Shown in pieces: positions 28,163-39,503 of a DNA stretch of 64,000 nt. How positions within the stretch are numbered: the first letter of the stretch is position 1; each line of letters starts with the position of its first letter. The position numbers and the translations under genes are program-made. The DNA is from Eledone cirrhosa (Eukaryota): positions 51,150,001-51,214,000 of the forward strand of contig OZ024745.1 in NCBI GenBank assembly GCA_964016885.1. The letters run 5' to 3'. The notes beneath the pieces are model-generated. The model was not told the DNA's origin. It did not search any database and saw only the letters and a program-made list of their open reading frames with translations.

Positions 28163-28600
28163 CTAACCACACACACCATCTTCAGCCCTCCCCGCTCGTA
28201 CACCCGTATCCCTCTCCACACTCCACCCGCCACCACCCCTACTCACCCCACACCCTTCCACCACCTGTTTACCCCCCTTTTAATTTCAGTTTATTTTGAT
28301 CATGCCTTTATTTTTAAATTTTCTCATTCCTTGTATTTTGATCATGCTTTATTTTTATTTATTATTTATTATATTTTTGTCTTTATTTGTTAATTTTTCA
28401 TTCGCACCGTTTCCTTTCGCTATATGTCTCTCCACCACTCCCCTACACACCTTTTGAACTCTGTTCCCACACACTTCTCACCTGAAGAAGGGCTTATGCC
28501 CGAAACGTCGTCCCCCACCTACCCCCCCACTCTCCTGAGCGTGAATTTAATAAACATTTATTGTACTGCCTCTCTGTTCTGTCCCTGTTCAATTTTTCAT
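27062..28600 (+). repeat. C/A-skewed low-complexity tract, probably a PLE 3' region
   Basis: Extreme C richness. Ends with CTGAAGA-a-gggc-ttat-gccc-GAAACGTC (28482-28508) and aataaa. Confidence 0.5.
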
Positions 28601-29016
28601 TATATATATATATATATAAATGTATATATATATGTATAATATATATATATAATACTTATATTATTTCTCCACACACAGGCTACAACAATCATATAAAGAA
28701 TTCATCACCAGATCAACCACCTTAACACTCTCGATTACCTGCTTAAGTGCTTCTATTACACGTAACTCTCTGCCACACTATATAAACAAGACGCACGTGC
28801 TTGCCACACATATAACCTTTGCACTCTATAACCGCTTAATTTCATGTTGTATTTTAACCTGTATTTTTGATTGTATCTTTTAATATGAATGTAATCTCTA
28901 AATGTGTACTGCCACACTAAATGCTATAATGAATGTTGACCCACAATATTTGCATGTGTATCTGTATGTCTCTTGGGTGAAAAGGAGGTCATATAAGTGT
29001 TCATTCAATAATAAAT

Positions 29017-29063
29017 TGCTCCGAAGAATCCAAACCTCGGTTTGGAGGAAACAGTTGTAAGCA
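29017..29063 (+). ncRNA. Hammerhead-like motif, variant core CCGAAGA
   Basis: tgct-CCGAAGA-a-tccaaac-ctcg-gtttgga-g-GAAAC-agtt-GTA-agca. Confidence 0.55.
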
Positions 29064-29277
29064 TAAAAATGTTTTGAACAGTTCTTTGATTCTTATAATT
29101 CATATAACTGCTCTATAAATCATCTGATGTTATTACATTGAGCTATTTAACTTACTGGTAATAAGGTAGTAATATATTACTGCCTACCACTATTTAGGGT
29201 TTATAAAAATATATATAACTGCAAAAGGTTTTTGTATTTGCATAACCATAAATAGTATAATTAATACTAATTAATAC

Positions 29278-29465
29278 TTGTTTCTACTTTAGGCACAAGG
29301 CCAGCAATTACCCAGTGCATTACTGGTACTTTATTTTATCGACCCCGTAAGGATGAAAGGCAAAGTCAACCTCGGCGGGATTTGAACTCAGATCGTAAAG
29401 GGACGTAACTATGCTTGAAAGCATGGCGTCCGACCCTCTACCGATAGTGCCAATCCACCGCCCTT
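29278..29465 (-). mobile_element. tRNA-derived SINE with TSD
   Basis: SINE consensus flanked by the direct repeat taattaatactaattaatact. Confidence 0.9.
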
Positions 29466-29512
29466 AATTAATACTAATTAATACTATATATATATATATA
29501 TATATATAAATC

Positions 29513-29611
<99 letters not shown>

Positions 29612-30308
29612 ATCGAATTTTGAAAGTAGACAAAACATTATTCAATGACTGTGGTACAGATTATTCAGTTATTCTAAAGACAGCTGTTTCTCCGTTGCTT
29701 TGTCTATATTTCAGTTTTTAATTTTAAACAAGTAGTAAAATATGTATATAAATACAACAACCCCTGAAGTCAAGATCGTCATCTGAACAGCTGCTTCCCA
29801 CACCCTAATCCTCACCAATACCAGCCCATTTCTCCTCTTCAATACCAACCATGTTTTCACTTTTCTAAGCACCCCACCACACACACACTTCAAGAAAAAA
29901 ATAAAATATGAAACTGCAACAAGACAAGAAGCTGAAAAAAAAAATACAACAAAAATACACCAAATTAACAAATTGTAGAAATATACAAAGAACACAAAAG
30001 TTTAAAGTGTCGTGCACTTTAAGTCTGAGATGAAAACAGTATGTCGGCAAGAGGAAACACTCCGTTGGAGGGATAAGAGTCAATTATGTAAATTGATCTG
30101 GCATCAAAAAGTGTCACTTACTATATGTTTCCCTTGTGAGGGTTTACCCGTTTCTTCTTTCGTCGCCATTAATATATTTTCTCAATACATATATTTTCAT
30201 AAACATTTAACCCATTGTACATGCACAGACATATATATAGGGGTAGATACACATTCACATATAAGACCCCCCCCCCACACACTTTATTTACATCATCTAT
30301 GTATGCAG

Positions 30309-30350
<42 letters not shown>

Positions 30351-30354
<4 letters not shown>

Positions 30355-31205
30355 GGAAAAAATGAAACGAAATTTCATTTCCCACTCTTAGTACGTCTGT
30401 TACTTAAATATAAGTATGTACACGTACATACATATATGTATACAGACGTACAGTAGTATGTATATATATATACATACATGCACACATATATATATGTACG
30501 TATGGATTCACCGAACATTTATTATAATGCTCGGTGTATTTGTAAACAAACATCCCGTATTAAGCCGTAGTGTCCAGCAACCATCGTTGCTCGTTTGTTC
30601 AACACTGACAAAGGAACGCTGTACTAGTTTCAAGACACTACGGCTTAATACGGGATGTTTGTTTACAAACACACAGAGCATTATAATAAATGTTCGGTGA
30701 ATCCATACGTACATATATATATGTGTGCATGTATGTATATATATATATACATACTACTGTACGTCTGTATACATATATGTATGTACGTGTACATACTTAT
30801 ATTTAAGTAACAGCCGTACTAAGAGTGGGAAATGAAATTTTTTCCGTTTATCGTTTTCGGTGCACCCAGCCGATTAACCCACTCGATATGCAAATTGGGC
30901 TACTCAGCCGTTAATATGCATAAGGTAAGTATATACGTTCAACAATCTGGCAGGAAGGTATACGTTGCTGACGAAAGCTGATAAGCTTGAAACTAGTACA
31001 GCGTTCCTCTGTCTGTGTTGAACAAACGAGCAACGATGGTTGCTGGACACTACGGCTTAATACGGGATGTTTGTTTACAAACACACCGAGCATTATAATA
31101 AATGTTCGGTGAATCCATACGTACATATATATATGTGTGCATGTATGTATATATATATACATACTACTGTACGTCTGTATACATATATGTATGTACGTGT
31201 ACATA
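30351..31205 (+). mobile_element. Family D HHR repeat: inverted partial copy plus 1.4 tandem 412-bp units
   Basis: gacactacgg recurs at 30634 and 31046 (period 412). 30351-30633 is an inverted partial copy. Confidence 0.85.
30962..31004 (+). ncRNA. Canonical minimal type I hammerhead ribozyme
   Basis: acgttg-CTGACGA-aagc-tgataa-gctt-GAAAC-ta-GTA-cagcgt. Confidence 0.85.
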
Positions 31206-31239
31206 TATATATTGAGCACTCTACTGACTTATATTCATC

Positions 31240-33369
31240 ATGCAGAAACAACATCCGAATATTTCTACAAAGAACATACCCGTACCAAGCAGGAAAACAT
31301 ACCTAAAACTCCTGATACAGAAAACAGACGCGTTCATTAAAAGGTTGCTTTGGCGTGCCTTTTATTTCGATAATCCGCGAAAAGCAGACAACAAACAGGA
31401 TAAATTTGGATTTAAAACTTATAATAACCCTCCGTGGAACCCAGCATTGCTACCCTTCGAAAATGATGTCTTGGAACTCATTCGGAATATCAAATTTCGG
31501 AATAGGAGCAATTCCTTTCAGCAAGACCTGAAGAATAGAATTCGTTCTATTAAGGATTCTAACGCCGTGCACGTCCATTCCGACAAAACTGGCAACCTAT
31601 ATCAAGTGGAGCGCAGTACTTACCATCAACTACTACATAATGCTGTAACTAAGGATTACCGTAAAACTAATCGATGCGTCATCAATGAAATCAACGATGC
31701 TGGGTTTAAAATCACATCTGATCTCAACATCCTGGACCGGACCGAACCTCTGGACCCTATCTCTCCCCACTTTACCCTGAAGGATCACAAATCCAATTTT
31801 CCGAACAACCCCTCTATTCGGCTTATTAACCCTACGAAGTCCGATTTAGGTAGACTTAGTAAAACGATTCTTGATAGAATTATACCTGAAATTAGAAGTT
31901 TGGCCCCTCTCGCACTGTGGAACAATTCTTTCGCGGTGATTGATTGGTTCAACGGCATATGTAACAAGGAACATTGCCGTTTTATCCAATTCGACATCAA
32001 CAATTACTACTCCTCCATCACTTTACCACTTCTCCTTAGAGCTATCAATTTCGCTAAAACACTTACAGTGGTTAAGGATTTTGAAGTTGATGTCATCCTT
32101 AATGCCCGAAAGTCGGTGATTAATTTCGAAGACTCTATTTGGATTAAAAAATCCAATAGTACCCCATTCGACGTGAGTATGGGCGCCAGTGACTCTGCGG
32201 AGGTTACTGATCTTATTGGCCTTTTCCTTCTTTTCTCTATCAAGGACGAATTCCCCAACGCGGGCGGTGGTTTGTACCGTGACGATGATCTTTTGACCAT
32301 GACTAAGTGCGGACCTCGTGCTTGCGACAGGTTCAGAAAAGAACTCACATCCTTCTTTAAAGGCTTCAACCTCTCTATACAGGTTGAGGCCAATCTCTCG
32401 GTCGTTAATTACCTCGACGTTACCCTCAATTTATTGAATGGGTTGTATTACCCGTATAGAAAGCCGAATGATACGCTTAATTACATAAGTAAGCATTCCA
32501 ACCATCCTGCCAGCATAACCAAGAACCTGGTAAGAAACGTTTCGTTGAGGCTTTCCCGTCTTTCCACCAACGAGCGCATTTTCAACGACCATTCCACTTA
32601 TTACAATGAAGCTCTTGCTCGAAGTGGATTTGTCGATAAGGTAGCATATACAGTGTACGAAAATAGACCTAGAAGAAATAGATCTCGTCGCATTTGTTGG
32701 TTTAACCCACCATATAATATGGAGGTGGCCACACCATTAGCTAAGATCTTTCTTTCCCTTATTACGAAGCATTTTCCCCCTACACATAAATATAGTAAAA
32801 TTTTTAATAGAAATACTATTAAAATTTCTTGCTCTACGACTCCTAACGTTGCACATAACATCACAGCTTCAAATTTAGCTAAACTACCTAGCCGTAGGAA
32901 CACGTGCAACCCTGTAGGTAGTACTAACTGTAATTGTAGGAATCGGGCTGATTGCCCCCTATCCGGGAAATGCCTCTCTAGTAACATTGTCTACAAATGT
33001 AAGGTTGTAACACCAACGTCCCGTAGGGCCTACATAGGGTTAACCGCCAATAGTTTCAAGCAGCGTCTTTACATGCATACCCATTCTTTTCGTTACCCTC
33101 TAAGAAGGAATATGACGTCACTTTCAGCTTATATCTGGAGTCTAAAAGACAACCACACCCAATATAAGTTACACTGGGAGATCCTAGCTAGGGCTAGATC
33201 GTATAACGGAAATAAAAGACCATGTGACCTCTGCGCCGCTGAGGCCCTGGAAATACTCTACGCTACAGACCACATCTTAAACAAAAAATCTGAGGCAATT
33301 TCGGCTTGTAAACATAAATTGCACAAAACTTTCCTGTATTACAGCCCCACGTTATACCCTAACGGATAG
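31240..33369 (+). CDS. Penelope-like retrotransposon RT + GIY-YIG endonuclease, Naiad-like, intact 709 aa
   Basis: N-terminal STKNIPVPS, SDKTGN, RLINPTKSDLG, FDINNYYSSI, FDVSMGASDSAE and GLYRDD. CNCRNRADCPLSGKC linker. NIVY..AYIGLT..FKQR..H, CDLC and LNKKSE..CKH. Confidence 0.93.
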   Translation: MQKQHPNISTKNIPVPSRKTYLKLLIQKTDAFIKRLLWRAFYFDNPRKADNKQDKFGFKTYNNPPWNPALLPFENDVLELIRNIKFRNRSNSFQQDLKNRIRSIKDSNAVHVHSDKTGNLYQVERSTYHQLLHNAVTKDYRKTNRCVINEINDAGFKITSDLNILDRTEPLDPISPHFTLKDHKSNFPNNPSIRLINPTKSDLGRLSKTILDRIIPEIRSLAPLALWNNSFAVIDWFNGICNKEHCRFIQFDINNYYSSITLPLLLRAINFAKTLTVVKDFEVDVILNARKSVINFEDSIWIKKSNSTPFDVSMGASDSAEVTDLIGLFLLFSIKDEFPNAGGGLYRDDDLLTMTKCGPRACDRFRKELTSFFKGFNLSIQVEANLSVVNYLDVTLNLLNGLYYPYRKPNDTLNYISKHSNHPASITKNLVRNVSLRLSRLSTNERIFNDHSTYYNEALARSGFVDKVAYTVYENRPRRNRSRRICWFNPPYNMEVATPLAKIFLSLITKHFPPTHKYSKIFNRNTIKISCSTTPNVAHNITASNLAKLPSRRNTCNPVGSTNCNCRNRADCPLSGKCLSSNIVYKCKVVTPTSRRAYIGLTANSFKQRLYMHTHSFRYPLRRNMTSLSAYIWSLKDNHTQYKLHWEILARARSYNGNKRPCDLCAAEALEILYATDHILNKKSEAISACKHKLHKTFLYYSPTLYPNG

Positions 33370-34296
33370 CACGATCTATGCGTGGATATTTTACGTCTTA
33401 ATGTGGGAGCTAAGTATATGTTTTGTTTATTCCTTTACGTATTTGCATAGGTAAGTATATATTACCCGTATGTTTTGTGAAGGTATGTATACCTTCTCGT
33501 ACGTATATTTGACTGTTATAGCGCATCATTTTTACATATTCTGGTATTTAGGGTTTGGCTATGTGTATACGGGAGTTTTGCGTCCGCGTGAGTGTGCAGG
33601 TTCGTACGCATGGTGGGTGTGTGTATATGTGTACTTCTTGTTTTAGTTGACTTACGTCTCCGAACATTCGTGTATTTATATGTAGGTATGCGTGTGCGCT
33701 TGTTATATACGTATTTATTTACTTATATACGTTTATATAATTATTTATTTATTTGTACACAAGCATACACACACACACATATTTATATGTGCGTGGTTTT
33801 GTATACCCATGGTAAGGTTTTGCGTATGCTTGTGTATGTACGTATCTGTTTGCGTGTATGTATTTATTTGTTCCTATTACTTCTGTATTGTATTTATTTA
33901 CTTTGTTCTTAACTCTGTAGCGGAGATTCATTTGGTCTCCTAGTTAGAATTTTAGTCTACGATTTCTGCTATACCATTTACGTGGTTTTGTCTTTGCGTG
34001 CTATTGTTCTCCACGCTCCACATATGACTTATTATCTTCGTTTTTTCGTTCATTGCCAGAGAACGTCTCTATGCACCACTTAGAGAACATTAGTCTACGA
34101 CCTCTTTTATACCATAAACGTGGTTTTGTCTTTGCGCGTAATTGTTTTTCACCGCTCCTATTAATGACGTATTATTCGTTTTTTCCCGTTCTTTGCCAGC
34201 GAACGTTACCACGAACCAAAGTATCGTCTTCCTGTCTTCCTCCGGTTGCAACGTTTTTTGAAATATCCAGTTCTGCGTTTACAGATTGACTTTGTT

Positions 34297-34347
34297 AGTT
34301 TCAGAAGATCCCGTTAAGGGTGAAAGCAGCGATTCTTTGCTTAAACT
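34297..34347 (+). ncRNA. Hammerhead-like motif in the 3' region of the Naiad-like PLE, variant core CAGAAGA
   Basis: agttt-CAGAAGA-t-ccc-gttaa-ggg-t-GAA-agca-(9 nt)-tgct-T-aaact, followed by aataaa. Confidence 0.55.
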
Positions 34348-35357
34348 TTAATCTGTTATTTTAATAAATATTTGCTCTACGGTTCTTATATATTTGATAT
34401 ATATTTTCCTTATCGAGCCCTCTTTGGATTTTAGTCTTCAATTTTATTGTTATTACTATATATATATGCATACATAGATGCATACATAGATGCATGCTTA
34501 CGCACACATACACGTATATATCATATAGATATATAGATATGAACAGGTTCTTTCATTTCAAATTATATATATATAGTTTTAATATAGATGAGATTCTACA
34601 GGACTAGAATCTCATCTATATTTAGAATCTCATCTATATTAAAACTTTTATACTCTGCTCTGTATTGAGTACCTTACTTACTATGGTTACCTCCGATTCA
34701 ACCCGGCCGGAATAACGTACTATATATATATATGTATACATATATATATATATATATATATTGGTAAACGGAATAGAAAATGCTGACAAATTGTTCACAG
34801 TTGAAAAATGGTTTAATTAGGAATAAAAGAGTATTAGTGATTGTATGGGTTAGTATTCAGTTGTGGTTTTAAGTTTTTAAGTTTTTACCGGTTGAGCATT
34901 TCTAAATGCTTTTCAAAAATAATTTTGAGATAGAGTGTCCGTGTTGTTTGCTCTGATCTGATTAGTTTTGGGAATTCTACCTGTTTTTATGTTAAAAAAG
35001 TGGCTCCAGCGTTACTTTGGTGTTGCAAAAATTCTTGTGGTCAAAACAATTTTGATTGGTCGGTAGAGGTCATGTGAATGTAAAAAATTGATTTTGCGCC
35101 AAGACTGTTTTTATGTTAAAAAAGTGGCTCCAGCGCTATTTGGTGTTTGCAAAAATTATTGTGGTCAAAACAATTTTGATCGGTCGGTAGAGGTCATGTG
35201 AATAAAAAATTGGTTTTGCGCCAAGATTGAGAAATGACTCTTTCACAACAAATATGTGTGTGTGTGTGTAGTAGTAGTAAGGTGTTCGATGTTGTGATAA
35301 TGGTTAGCAGAGATGTGTGTCAAATGGCTATTAAGATAAGTGTGTGTGTGTGTGTGT

Positions 35358-35400
<43 letters not shown>

Positions 35401-35755
35401 GCAGAGTAATTCGTGGTAGCAGGGATGGTCAGTAATAATGTATCTGAAAGCAATGGGGGGTATTTTAGCATGTCAAAAGATATTTTTCAGCTTTTGTTTT
35501 ATACGGAGAAGTGCGCGTGTGTGTGTGTGTGTGTATAAGTCTCTTTGTATGTTAATGTACGCGTGTGTATGTGTGTGTGTATATATGTGTGTGTGTGTGT
35601 GTGGGTGGGTGGACCAGTATTTTTTCCCCCCTGGTAAAATGGTGTACATTATTCCATTTTTTCAGTAAAATCGGTTCTCTTAATAGAACATCAAAAATCT
35701 TAACAATAAAAGGTGTGAAATGATATTCACTACATATATATACACATACATATAT

Positions 35756-35873
<118 letters not shown>

Positions 35874-36003
35874 TATACACATATATTTTTCTGTGTTGCA
35901 CCATAGAGCATGTGTGTTTACGTATGTCATTGAGTTTATATGTGGGTGGAGATGTGTGCTGATGTAGATATGTATGTTAACGTGTGTATGTTGTGGGTTC
36001 GTC

Positions 36004-38330
36004 TTAGGGAGAAGTGTTTAGACGGGGTCCGTATTTGTTAATGAAGTAAGATTCCTTGCTGATGCGCTGGGTGTGGGTGGCATTATCTTTAAATTTGTAG
36101 AGGGGAAAGATTCTGAAGTTGGGATGATTTTGGGCGGCACAGGTATCAATGTGTTCACTCAGTGGTATTTTCCTGTATTCCCGTATTTTAATTTGGCATC
36201 TATGGACAGTCATGCGTTGGCGGAGGCGGTTTTTGGTCTGGCCTATGTATTGTTCTCGACAACCTGAGCAAGTTAATACATATATTAGATTTTCCGATGC
36301 ACATGTAAAATTGTGTTTTACTATAAAACGTTGTCCATCTTTGAAATAGAATTCCGAACCCTCTATTAGGTTGATGCAAATGCCACAGTTGGGTCTATCG
36401 CATTTTTTTACTGTGGGTTTCGTTGTTGTGGTTGGCAGTACTTTGGCATGTGTTAGGATGTTTTTCATTGACTTGGATTGTGTTTTGCTCTTTATGATAT
36501 CCTGTGTTCGTAGAATTTGGTTCATTCTATGGTCCTTTTTCAACACAGGGATGTTCTGGAGGATGGTGTCAAAGGCTCATTGTTGAGAGGGTTGTGTGTG
36601 GAGATGTATGGAAGAGCTTTTAGTTTCGGTTGATTTACTTTAGGGTGTCTAAGGTCCTGGGTACTGAGTTTTAGGGCACGTTGGATTCCATTGTCAATTA
36701 GTGATGCAGGGTAGTCCCTGCCTATGAGTGTGTCCTTTAGTTCTTGTAGCCGTAAGTAGCAGATGTTTTTATTGGAGACTATAGTACAGATTCTCTTGGC
36801 TAAGTTGTAAGGAATATTAATTTTAACGTGTCTAGGGTGGCAAGAGTTGAAGGGGAGATATTGCTTGGAGTCTGTGGGCTTGTAGTATATGTCTGTTTCT
36901 ATTTTTTTGTTATGAATCTTAATGAGGATGTCGAGGAAGGGGAGTTGTTGATGGCTGTATTCCATCGTGAAGTTAATATTCGTGTTGAGCCTATTTATAA
37001 GGGTGTGAAATTCTTTAAGTTTTTCGATGTTTTCGTGCCAAAGGATGAAGCAGTCATCTAGATATCGCTTCCAGTTCCTTTCAATGTGTAAGTGGAGGGT
37101 GTTTCCAAATTTGTTTAGGACTTTAGTGTAGAAGGTGATTTCCAGGTATCCCATGACTAGGTTGGCATAAGTGGTGGCTGTTTTCGTTCCCATAGCGGTC
37201 CCAGATTTCTGCCTGTAGGGTTTGTTATTGAAAACGAAGTAATTGTTCTCCAAGATAAATTTGAGTCCCTCTATCACGAATTCTTTTTTGATGCGCTGTG
37301 GGAGTTCATTGTGGAAATTATCCAGCCAGAATTGGATAGCTTCTATTCCTAGGTTGTGGGGTATGTTGGAGTATAGGTTGACTACATCGAACGTCACTAG
37401 TAGGGTTTGTTCAGAAAGTGGCATATTAGGGAGGTGATTGAGCATATCTAGGTCGTCCCTTATATAGCTTTTGATGTGTTTGAGGAAGGGTTTGAGAAGG
37501 GTATCAATGAAGTTGCTAAGACGGTGCGTTTCGCAAGCGGGGCCTGCTATTATAGGTCTTAATTTGAGATCATTGGGTGAGGGGACATTGATGACTATGT
37601 CTGTGGCTTCCTTGCATGCCTTACTTATTGATTCGCTTTTATGTACTTTAGGGATACCGTAGAAGAGGCTGGATTTACTTGTGAAGTCTGTGATGAAGCT
37701 GAATTCCTTGTTAGTGAGTCCTTCTTTGTATTGGTTGATTAGAGTTTTTAGGTTTCTCATAATTTTCTGTTGATTGTAGTGTTCAGCCTTTTCGTAGTAT
37801 GTTTCGTTTTCCAAAGTGGAGAGCGCTAAGTTGATATAGAATTCTGTCTCCATTAGGACTACTGTACTCCCTTTATCAGCCTCTTTAATTGTAATGGTTC
37901 TGTCGGTTTTTAATCTATTTAATTCTTCCCATTCTTTCTTGTTGAGGTTTGGCTTGTGTTTTTGTCTGTGCAAGTGTTGGTAAGGGAAGTTTGTGATGTG
38001 TTCACAGAATTCGTCCAGGATTTTATTTCTACCTTTTGAAGGGGTGTAATTGCTTCTATTTCTGGCTAATGATTCATCCTCATTGTACTGGTCGAATAGT
38101 TGTTCACTAAGTCGTAACTTTCTACAGAAGTCTGTGATGTCTTCCTTCATTTCATAGTAGTTAGGACGTAGTGGGGTCGGTGTGAATTTAAGACCTTTGG
38201 AGAGTAAGTTGATAAGGTTGGGTGTTGGTTCTGCACTAGTAAGATTGATAATTTTTATTACTATCGGTTTCTCCTCCCTGTCTTGTGTTATTTTGTTTGC
38301 CTGTATCTGTGTGCTGTGTCTAAAAAATGG
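36004..38330 (-). pseudogene. Neptune-like PLE RT + GIY-YIG ORF2, one frameshift near 36575
   Basis: IINLT..LLSKGLKFTPTP, EADKG, RPIIAG, GTAMGT and RYLDD, then CDRPNCGIC linker and NLIY..C..C..QYIGQT..RLRQR..H. A 1-nt deletion near gag-cct-ttg would explain the RT/EN split. Confidence 0.92.
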
Positions 38331-39409
38331 TTGGGGTAGAGGGGTTGTCTGCTGATGTTAAGTGGTCTCCTGTGTTTGTTATATTCCTTGTTGTTGTAAA
38401 ATGTGGTTCGGGTTGGTGGTTGTAGATTGAATGGGGTGTTCCTGTACTGCGAGTATGGGTGTGTGTTTCTATGTGCCATGTTGTATTGTGGTGTTATAAG
38501 TGGCCTACGTTGTTGGTTGTATCGTGTGGTGTGGGTTTGTTGTGTATTGTGGAAGCGAGAGTTGAGAAAATGGTAATTACCTTGCTGTCCCCTTGAAGCG
38601 GGGAAGTTGTTACATCTATCATGGCAGTGGTATCTTTTCCCTATGTTTGACGATGAGGCATCCGCGTATTAGTTGAGTGATTTGGTATGGTGTCTCCTTG
38701 AAGGGGGAAAGTTGTAAATGTCATTCTGGGGGAGATGATTTCTTGGTTTTTTGTTCCTTCTTATGGAAGCGAGGATGGGAAGTTCATCTTCGGTGTGGTG
38801 CTTCCTTCTTCGTTTGTTAGAGGCTGGGGGGTTTGCAAAGTTGTTGTGTGATTCGGTTATGGGTTTTCCTATTTTTATGAACGGGTTATTGGAGGTGTAA
38901 TCCGTTTGAAAAGTCGATTCATAGTGTAGGAACCAAGCGGCACTTTTTTCCCAGCGTTGAAGGGATTTCAGTTCTTCTCTGTTGCAGTCCCCTTTCCATA
39001 ATTTGGAGATCTTCTCTACCTTGGGGCCTTCAGTTTTGTTGTTGATTTCCAGGAGGATCTCTTCATCGATGGTTTTGAGATTTTCCTCATTTGTCTGGGC
39101 CTTCAGTTTAAGAAGTTCAATTTCTGTCTTCATTTTTTCCAATGCCATTCTTTCCCTAAGGTGTCTTTGAGGTTCGGGTTCATTTGGAATGGACTTTATT
39201 TGTAGTTTACGGGGGAGAGTTAGAGGGGTTGAGTTAAGCCATTTTTCATATATCTCTGCTTTGTTGTGATTTTGTATCATCTTCCAGAATGAGAACTTTC
39301 TGTCTCTGAGGGATTTGTTCCATTTTGGAATTGTTCGAATTTTCATTTTGTATGAATCAATCTCACATGGTTCTTCGTTGTTTTTTCCTGGGTTGGTAGT
39401 AGTGAACAT
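38288..39409 (-). pseudogene. Upstream ORF1 of the Neptune-like PLE (~373 codons, one internal TAA at 38671-38669)
   Basis: Track ORFs 38669-39409 and 38288-38479 share a frame, and manual translation shows no other stop between them. Contains a coiled-coil-like stretch ERMALEKMKTEIELLKLKAQTNEENL. Confidence 0.75.
38321..38327 (-). promoter_or_regulatory. Putative -1 ribosomal frameshift slippery heptamer U_UUU_UUA
   Basis: ORF1 codons CAT-TTT-TTA-GAC. The -1 frame is open from here into the RT ORF. Confidence 0.7.
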
Positions 39410-39449
39410 AGTTTGGATAGTATCGCAAAATTTATATATATATATATTA

Positions 39450-39503
<54 letters not shown>

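Noticed and set aside
31240-34460. Selenoprotein Naiad with SECIS
   Set aside because: There is no in-frame UGA. The conserved cysteines use normal codons and the ORF ends in TAG.
36540-36590. Programmed frameshift between RT and GIY-YIG
   Set aside because: No slippery motif is present. A single-base deletion or sequencing error restores the usual fused ORF.
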